Shown here: in pieces, positions 26,890 to 32,409 of the stretch
Layout: each line of letters starts with the position of its first letter
Numbering within the stretch: position 1 is the stretch's first letter
Source: Candidatus Micrarchaeota archaeon
Lineage (GTDB): Archaea; Micrarchaeota; Micrarchaeia; Micrarchaeales; CABMGC01
Direction of reading: 5' to 3'
DNA: 32,409 nt
NCBI GenBank assembly: GCA_021846005.1
Contig: JAJZIZ010000001.1
Location: forward strand, 1-32,409
The notes under the pieces: generated by a model
What the model was told of the DNA's origin: nothing
Seen by the model: the letters and a program-made list of their open reading frames with translations, nothing else
The model's database searches: none
Translations under genes and position numbers: made by a program

Positions 26890-28125
26890 TCATTCCGGTT
26901 TGAGGAAGACAGTCCCGCATTTATTAATGTCGATATATTTCTCAAGGTATTTTCTGAAAGTGTCCATACTCACTTCAGAAATCAGTTTTGGCATTCTGTC
27001 CAGCAGATAGGCTCCGTTGTACATGAGCTCATAATCGGAAATTGACACTGCCATCGTCATTGTATCCTCCCTCATTATCCTATATCCTACGCTAAGGGAT
27101 TTCTTGGTGCGTTCGAACTCCTCCTTGTCAATCTCTCCGTCCTGCAGTTTCTTAAACTCTCCAAGCATTATCTTCAGGGTCTGGTCATAGTTCTTAGGCT
27201 CTATGCCTGCCGCGCCTGCAAGAAACCCGAACGTGCTGTATGGACTGTACGAAGCCACCGGATCGTAAGAAAGCCCCCTCTTTTCCCTGATCTCCTCAAA
27301 GAGCTTGTCGCTGAGATACCTCTCGGCTATGTTCAGTGCCATGAACTCGTCAACGCTCTTTTCTGAATATTCCTTGCATATGAAACCTATGCCTATTCTT
27401 GCCTGCCTTATTCCTTTTCTTTTTATGGTTATGGATCTTTTCATGGGTTTTTCGCGCGCCGGCTTCCTTTCCAGTTTCTTATACTCCCTTTCCATCCCTC
27501 CAAAATATTCCTTCGCAAGAGAGAAAGCCTCTTTGCTGCTTATTCCTCCATATATGGAGAGCACGCCATTTTTAGGAGTATAATATTTCTCATATATCTT
27601 TGCAAGGTCGTCTCTCTTGGTGTTTCTTATTGTCTGCTCGCTGTCCCCTCCCACTGACATCTTCGCAGGATGCTTCCTGTAAAGAACTCTTGGTATGTAA
27701 TCCGATATCATGTACCTTGGATTGTCATGGTGTATCATATTCTCGTTTATTATAGGTCCCCTTTCAAGTTCAAATTCGTTCTCCGGTATCGTAGAATTAT
27801 TTATCATGTCTGAAAGTATGTCCATTGTTTTGGCAATGTATCCTTTGTATGCCTGCATGAAATACAATGTAGTTTCATGGTCTGTGGTTGCATTGTATCT
27901 GATCCCAAGCTCCTTCAGCCGGTCATCTATCTGCTTCCATGTCCTTTTTCCGGTGCCTTTGAACATCATGTGTTCCAGAAAATGGGCAGCGCCATTTATC
28001 CTGCCAGGCTCATCTACCGAGCCGAACCTGACTCCGAAGCATATCGCAACAGTCTCCAACTGCGGAAACGGATGCACTAAAACTTTCAATCCGTTGTCAA
28101 GTATCTTAGAAGTTGTTTCCTCCAT
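26890..28125 (-). CDS. M16 (pitrilysin/insulinase) family zinc peptidase
   Basis: GAAHFLEHMMFKGT (HxxEH), NATT and LFEEIREKRGLSY motifs. Start at ATG 28125. Confidence 0.95.
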   Translation of the reverse strand: MEETTSKILDNGLKVLVHPFPQLETVAICFGVRFGSVDEPGRINGAAHFLEHMMFKGTGKRTWKQIDDRLKELGIRYNATTDHETTLYFMQAYKGYIAKTMDILSDMINNSTIPENEFELERGPIINENMIHHDNPRYMISDYIPRVLYRKHPAKMSVGGDSEQTIRNTKRDDLAKIYEKYYTPKNGVLSIYGGISSKEAFSLAKEYFGGMEREYKKLERKPAREKPMKRSITIKRKGIRQARIGIGFICKEYSEKSVDEFMALNIAERYLSDKLFEEIREKRGLSYDPVASYSPYSTFGFLAGAAGIEPKNYDQTLKIMLGEFKKLQDGEIDKEEFERTKKSLSVGYRIMREDTMTMAVSISDYELMYNGAYLLDRMPKLISEVSMDTFRKYLEKYIDINKCGTVFLKPE

Positions 28126-28256
28126 GCTAATCCTACAGATGGCAAAATATAAATTCTGTTTCGCATTCAGCATGCAAAATCTTGCAGTTTATCCGTTGTT
28201 TGGTTTCCCGGACTAGAAGGCAAAGGATATAAATATGGGATTTTCCATATTTAATC

Positions 28257-29801
28257 ATGGCTGACCAGCAGGCAGGGGCAGAACCACAGGCATCAAGTTC
28301 TGACCAAAAGCCCAAACCTGAGGGCACAAAGAATCCGAAGGCTAAGGATTACTATACTCAGGCAGGCAAGGCCTTCGAAGAGAACAAGTTCGAGGAATCC
28401 ATTGTCCTTTATTCAAGGGCTATAACCGAGGATCCAAATTACGCTAGCGCCTATTTCAACAGGGCGCTCTCCTACGCTATACTTAACAATTATACCGATG
28501 CCACCCGTGATGCCGAGCATGTCCTGGACATGGAACCTGACAGTTACGATGCTCCCTATGTCATGGGCATAATATCAGAATACCAAAACGATCTTCAGGG
28601 CGCCAAGGAGTGGTATGAGAAATCCCTTGCCAAAAATCCTGGGTATGAACAGGCAAAGGTTCGCCTCGAGCAGGTAAATGTGAAAATGGCATCGCCACAG
28701 CCCCAGCAGGCTCAGCAGACTGCACCTGATGCTCAAAGCCCAAGCATTGTTTCCAATGCAGACAAGACTGACATGCAGGAAGGCCAGATAAAGAAGGTAA
28801 GATTCCACAAGTCTACCATAAATTTCAAGGATGTAGTCGGAATGGAGGAGCAGAAAAAGCTCATCTATGAGAACATAATCCTCGCGATAAAGAAGCCTGA
28901 ATTGCTAAAGGTCTATGGCAAGAAGCTAGGCCTTGGGGTAATATTCTACGGGCCTCCTGGAAACGGGAAGACATATCTGGTGAATGCGATCAGCGGCGAG
29001 ACCAAGTCCAATGTCATCATAGCAAGGATAAACGAAATAGTTGACATGTATGCTGGAAATACTGAGAAGAACATGCATGCAATATTTGAGCAGGCAAGAG
29101 CCAATACTCCTGTAATAGTGTTCTTCGACGAAATAGACGCCTTGGGAATGAAGCGAAACGGCGGCGGCGGAGGCGGCGAACAATCCAGTACAATGCGAAT
29201 GGCAGTAAACCAGTTCCTTCAGGAAATGGACGGGGTTGAGAAGAATCCTGAAGGCATATTCATCATAGGGGCCACGAACCAGCCTTGGGACATAGATTCA
29301 GCACTGAAGAGGAGCAAACGTTTTGGAGAATCGATATACGTGCCTCCTCCGGATCGCAAATCAAGGCGCCAGGCATTCATATATAACACCAGAAAGATGC
29401 CAATAAAGGGCATAAACTTCGGCAGGCTGGCAAGAGCCACAATGGGCTTCTCCCAGGCAGACATCGAGGAGATATGCGACAAGGCAGCCCTTATTCCAGC
29501 AGCAGAGGAAGACCGCACCGGCAAGAGAAGAAGCATATACATGAGGGACTTCCTCAGGATGATAAAGAAGCACGGCAACAGCCTTGATGAATGGTACTCG
29601 CAAATGAAGAAGGAAGTCATAAGCAAGACCGAGACAAGCGTGGTCGATGGCAAGAAGCAGACTGTTGTGAAGGAGGGCAAGCTGACTGCAGAGGAGAAGA
29701 CCAGATACAAGCCTATGATAAAGGACGTGAAGAGGAATACAAACTCATTATACATAAGGGTAAAGAAGATCGTGAGATGGACGGCACTGAACGTAATGTG
29801 A
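28257..29801 (+). CDS. TPR-repeat AAA+ ATPase (single classic-clade AAA domain)
   Basis: Three TPRs, a Q-rich linker, FKDVVG, Walker A GPPGNGKT, pore loop DMYAGNTEK, Walker B FFDEIDA and SRH ATNQPWDIDSALKRSKRF. Confidence 0.92.
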   Translation: MADQQAGAEPQASSSDQKPKPEGTKNPKAKDYYTQAGKAFEENKFEESIVLYSRAITEDPNYASAYFNRALSYAILNNYTDATRDAEHVLDMEPDSYDAPYVMGIISEYQNDLQGAKEWYEKSLAKNPGYEQAKVRLEQVNVKMASPQPQQAQQTAPDAQSPSIVSNADKTDMQEGQIKKVRFHKSTINFKDVVGMEEQKKLIYENIILAIKKPELLKVYGKKLGLGVIFYGPPGNGKTYLVNAISGETKSNVIIARINEIVDMYAGNTEKNMHAIFEQARANTPVIVFFDEIDALGMKRNGGGGGGEQSSTMRMAVNQFLQEMDGVEKNPEGIFIIGATNQPWDIDSALKRSKRFGESIYVPPPDRKSRRQAFIYNTRKMPIKGINFGRLARATMGFSQADIEEICDKAALIPAAEEDRTGKRRSIYMRDFLRMIKKHGNSLDEWYSQMKKEVISKTETSVVDGKKQTVVKEGKLTAEEKTRYKPMIKDVKRNTNSLYIRVKKIVRWTALNVM

Positions 29802-29925
29802 CATTCTAAATCTACCAAGCCAAGGACAGCTGCCTGTATGCTATATAAAATTCACAGAGCCAGCATTTGCTGCCTTGCTGGCCCTGCATAAAAACAAAAT
29901 AAAGGATTAGATTAAAAAAAGATGA

Positions 29926-30039
29926 CTATTCGTCACTGTCCATATCTTCGTCCCAATCTTCCTCTTCGTCTCCTTCGTCATCAAAGTCTTCATCTTCCTC
30001 ATCTTCTTCATCTTCTTCAGTTTCTTCTTTTTTCGCCAT
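29926..30039 (-). CDS. 37-aa hyperacidic microprotein (not in ORF track)
   Basis: MAKKEETEEDEEDEEDEDFDDEGDEEEDWDEDMDSDE*. RBS AAGGTGA lies 4 nt before the ATG, TATA TTTAAATA at 30090-30083, and a T7 tract follows the stop. Confidence 0.8.
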   Translation of the reverse strand: MAKKEETEEDEEDEEDEDFDDEGDEEEDWDEDMDSDE

Positions 30040-30271
30040 GCTTTCACCTTCGTGTTGTATCCAAATACCTATATAAGATAATTATTTAAACGTATCTAAA
30101 AACTTAGGCAAAACCCATTCCAACCAAACCTGGAACTGGCATTGGCGTTTCATTGCATGTTTTACAATTTGCAGCTTGAAGGGAAAACAAGATGCTTTTA
30201 TATCTTATCTGTGCATATCTCCAAATACGGATGACTGCCATCTGGCAATCCGATCAGATCACTGTATAAAA

Positions 30272-30343
30272 GGGCTTGTAGCGCAACGGCAGCGCGCCCG
30301 CTTTGCATGCGGAAGGTTGCGGGTTCAAATCCCGCCAAGTCCA
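30272..30343 (+). tRNA. tRNA-Ala(TGC)
   Basis: GGGCTTG/CAAGTCC acceptor with G3:U70, D-stem GCGC/GCGC, anticodon loop TT-TGC-AT and T-arm GCGGG-TTCAAAT-CCCGC. No intron, CCA not encoded. TATA TTTTATAT at 30196-30203. Confidence 0.96.
30282..30343 (+). repeat. 62-bp direct repeat, copy 1 (attL, within tRNA-Ala)
   Basis: CGCAACGGCAGCGCGCCCGCTTTGCATGCGGAAGGTTGCGGGTTCAAATCCCGCCAAGTCCA is identical to 32135-32196. Confidence 0.95.
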
Positions 30344-30387
30344 TAAAGCCTTTCGGGAAAGAGATGTGTGTAGCGAGGGGATGGTAT

Positions 30388-30690
30388 ATGTCAAAAAGAA
30401 AAGAAGATGATGTTTATATCGAGACCCGAAGAGATTCTAAGAATCCATTCGACCATCCCAGTCTTTTTAGGCAAGAGATAATTCAAACATCAAGTTAACC
30501 CCCTCAAATCCACTATAATGGTAAGGGATTTATCTGTGCTCTTATTACTTCTCGATGTCCTGTTGGTTGCGAGGATTGCATGTTTTTTCTAACATGGCCG
30601 AAAGCAAAAATTCGTATAATACGATGACATCACGACTAATCTCAAATTTAATTGAGCAAATACAAAATAAGTGTCTTTTGAGGTGTGCTT
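30388..30690 (+). pseudogene. Radical SAM enzyme N-terminal fragment (nonsense, probable frameshift, truncated)
   Basis: The frame from ATG 30388 passes an in-frame TAA (30496-30498) into ...ICALITSRCPVGCEDCMFF, a CxxxCxxC motif at 30556-30579. An apparent frameshift lies at the T-run 30583-30588. Confidence 0.7.
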
Positions 30691-30906
30691 CTACAATACC
30701 CCACAGCTTGCTGTGGGGTTATTTATTTTTGACCTTAAAGTTAAGAAGGTCTGAATAACTGCGTTCTTATCTGTAACGTCGAGTTCCAGTAAGTCTTCGA
30801 ACAATTTATTTTTATGAAACGTGCCGATTACTTCATAATGTTTCTTTAGATTCATGAATATGCTTGCTCCAACATATCCACTTGCACCTGTAATTATGAT
30901 TTTCAT
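30691..30906 (-). pseudogene. RmlD-like / NAD-dependent epimerase-dehydratase N-terminal fragment
   Basis: MKIIITGASGYVG Rossmann motif and LDVTD. Similarity ends after ~58 aa, where the frame runs into the palindrome. Confidence 0.85.
30698..30719. repeat. Perfect 10-bp inverted repeat resembling an IS200/IS605-type end or REP-like palindrome
   Basis: ACCCCACAGC-TT-GCTGTGGGGT sits at the junction of two truncated convergent genes. Confidence 0.65.
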
Positions 30907-30916
30907 TCGAACCCTA

Positions 30917-31753
30917 TCAATTAATATCTATAATAATCGGTGCGTGGTCACTTGGAGCTTCAAGTTTTTCTGCAGGAGCGCGTTCTTCTTTATCTATCCA
31001 TATCCTATTTACTAAATTTGCGGCGTTTTTGTCTCCTAGAACCAAATCGAAACGCAGACCTTCATTGCGATTAAAGCCATTTCTCATATAAGGCCACCAA
31101 GTGAAAACGCGTTCTTGAGTTTTTGTTCGTAAGATATCCTGTAATCGGTTTCCTTGAAGCTTTTTTAGCCAAGCTCTCTCTTCAGTTGTACAATGAATTC
31201 TGTCCTTAAGTCCTTTAGGATCCCATACGTCACAATCATCAGGAGCCACGTTAAAGTCTCCCATGACGAGAAGAGGAGGGGTCTGTGGTAGGCTTTGTAA
31301 CCAGTTTCCAAATGCCTCCATCCAACGGCCTTTCAGTAGAAACTTATTGCTTGTCCTATTTTCACCGTTTATTACATACGCATTAACCAACCGAAATCCG
31401 CCAATACAAGCTGATAGCACTCGCGCCTCGCCAGATGCTGGGTCTTCTGGAAAACCGCGTAAAACTTCAGAAAACTTAAGATGGTCTTCTACTTTAACAG
31501 ACGTAATGGAATGAGCCATTAAATTATGTTGTTTGGCACCGCCACGAACTAGTATGGCAACACCATTATAGCTAGTTTGACCGTAAAGTATTGAGTGATA
31601 ACCTGCAGTGCTCAATTGAGCTTCAGGAAAATCGGGATCAGCTACCTTAGTTTCCTGTAAGCATAATATTTCGGGCATATGCCTTTTGAGAAGTGCTAAC
31701 AGTCTAGGTATCCGTGCACGGACAGAATTTATATTCCAAGATATAATACGCAT
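30917..31753 (-). CDS. xth: Exodeoxyribonuclease III / AP endonuclease
   Basis: SWNINSVRAR, LQETK, YNGVAI, GDFNVAP, FTWW, GLRFD and SDHAP motifs. Confidence 0.95.
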   Translation of the reverse strand: MRIISWNINSVRARIPRLLALLKRHMPEILCLQETKVADPDFPEAQLSTAGYHSILYGQTSYNGVAILVRGGAKQHNLMAHSITSVKVEDHLKFSEVLRGFPEDPASGEARVLSACIGGFRLVNAYVINGENRTSNKFLLKGRWMEAFGNWLQSLPQTPPLLVMGDFNVAPDDCDVWDPKGLKDRIHCTTEERAWLKKLQGNRLQDILRTKTQERVFTWWPYMRNGFNRNEGLRFDLVLGDKNAANLVNRIWIDKEERAPAEKLEAPSDHAPIIIDIN

Positions 31754-32134
31754 AAGTATTACTGTAATAATTATTTATTAAAACCCATTTTACGGATACT
31801 TTGTATCCATTGAAATTCTAAATGTATGAAATTGAATAGCCAATTTTATTTTGGCTGTTGGGTTTATTAGAGTGGCCGGTAAGCGCATCGATCAATGTTG
31901 AAAAACTTTTTACGAAAAGTTTTATCAAAAAGTCTTGGTGCGCAACCTTTTTGGAAAGGTTGAGCCAAAACACTAGGTGCGGTTTGCGCGGGATTTGCAC
32001 CGTAGCTCTTTATATTTCTAAATGCGGTATAATCCATGTGCGGATACACAGATGTTCGCATTTTACGAAATATGATCTACGGTGGCTTAAATGGCTAGAA
32101 AAATAGATTACAGGGCGCGTGAGAGCGCGCCGTT

Positions 32135-32196
32135 CGCAACGGCAGCGCGCCCGCTTTGCATGCGGAAGGTTGCGGGTTCAAATCCCGCCAAGTCCA
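32135..32196 (+). repeat. 62-bp direct repeat, copy 2 (attR; tRNA-Ala lacking the first 10 nt)
   Basis: Identical to 30282-30343. The 5' acceptor strand is missing, so this is not a complete tRNA. Confidence 0.95.
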
Positions 32197-32409
32197 CTGT
32201 ATCATTTCTCTGCAAATAAAGCCATCATGCGCATGCATGCAGTGGCAATATCACTTCCTTCATCAATTTCCATGCGGTGTGTCTGAAATTTCAGACCAAG
32301 AAACGAACTTAGGAACTTGACAAATTATAAATCTTAACATTCGATGGATCCTGTTTCTCTCTTCTCTCTTTTTGGTATAGTGAGAGGTACGTCTCCTGTA
32401 GCGAATTTG

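Larger units (their letters stand above)
30282..32196. mobile_element. Decayed tRNA-Ala-integrated element/genomic island (~1.8 kb between att sites)
   Basis: Bounded by 62-bp tRNA direct repeats. The interior is more AT-rich and holds two pseudogenes and xth. No integrase detected. Confidence 0.85.

Noticed and set aside
28340..28680. TPR domain as an EEVD-type carboxylate clamp binding the acidic microprotein C-terminus
   Set aside because: Only one of the five clamp positions (Asn in TPR2) is present; the Lys/Arg positions are Y, D and V. This specific mechanism is unsupported.
29940..30030. TCTTCA/TCTTCT repeats as a microsatellite or CRISPR-like array
   Set aside because: The periodicity is explained by Glu/Asp codons of the acidic microprotein. 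No repeat-spacer structure was seen anywhere in the window.
30307..30498. ORF reading through the tRNA as an SSV-type split integrase fragment
   Set aside because: No tyrosine-recombinase motifs (R...HxxR...Y) here or near attR. The 3' part belongs to the radical-SAM pseudogene.
32113..32200. Second tRNA-Ala copy as a functional, split or permuted tRNA
   Set aside because: It lacks the 5' acceptor strand (GGGCTTGTAG), and no such segment or bulge-helix-bulge follows downstream. It is better explained as attR.
32197..32409. Possible 3' end of a minus-strand gene at the window edge
   Set aside because: Two frames are open for short distances with no motif, so neither can be chosen or supported.

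Overview
Archaeal chromosomal segment. The gene set (PCNA, Top6B, SecY, Trm1, Dim2-like KH protein, rpS26e), TATA-box promoters and GGTGA ribosome-binding sites fit a small DPANN archaeon, possibly Micrarchaeota; that assignment is inference. Most of the window is housekeeping: gdhA with an upstream HTH regulator, KH-top6B, V4R-secY, a Na+/H+ antiporter, rnhA, an Lhr helicase/metallophosphoesterase pair, PCNA-DUF357-trm1, carbamate kinase, a GT2, parvulin, a ferredoxin, an M16 peptidase and a TPR-AAA+ ATPase. There are two decayed IS200/IS605 tnpB elements. One keeps its omegaRNA/right end, and the terminal TCAC sits directly against the start codon of an amidohydrolase. A ~1.8 kb decayed island is integrated in tRNA-Ala(TGC) between 62-bp direct repeats. 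It carries xth, a radical-SAM pseudogene, an RmlD-like fragment and a hairpin-rich non-coding stretch, but no integrase. The most unusual items are: (1) a 37-aa microprotein with 27 D/E residues, absent from the ORF track but with full expression signals, next to the TPR-AAA+ ATPase; (2) a 79-aa basic two-repeat protein; (3) an att identity block starting in the tRNA D-arm, with dyad symmetry; (4) a ferredoxin with a His-rich 67-residue spacer; (5) a catalytically degenerate RpiB-like protein. No CRISPR array or rRNA was seen. All calls rest on motif recognition only; no searches were run.
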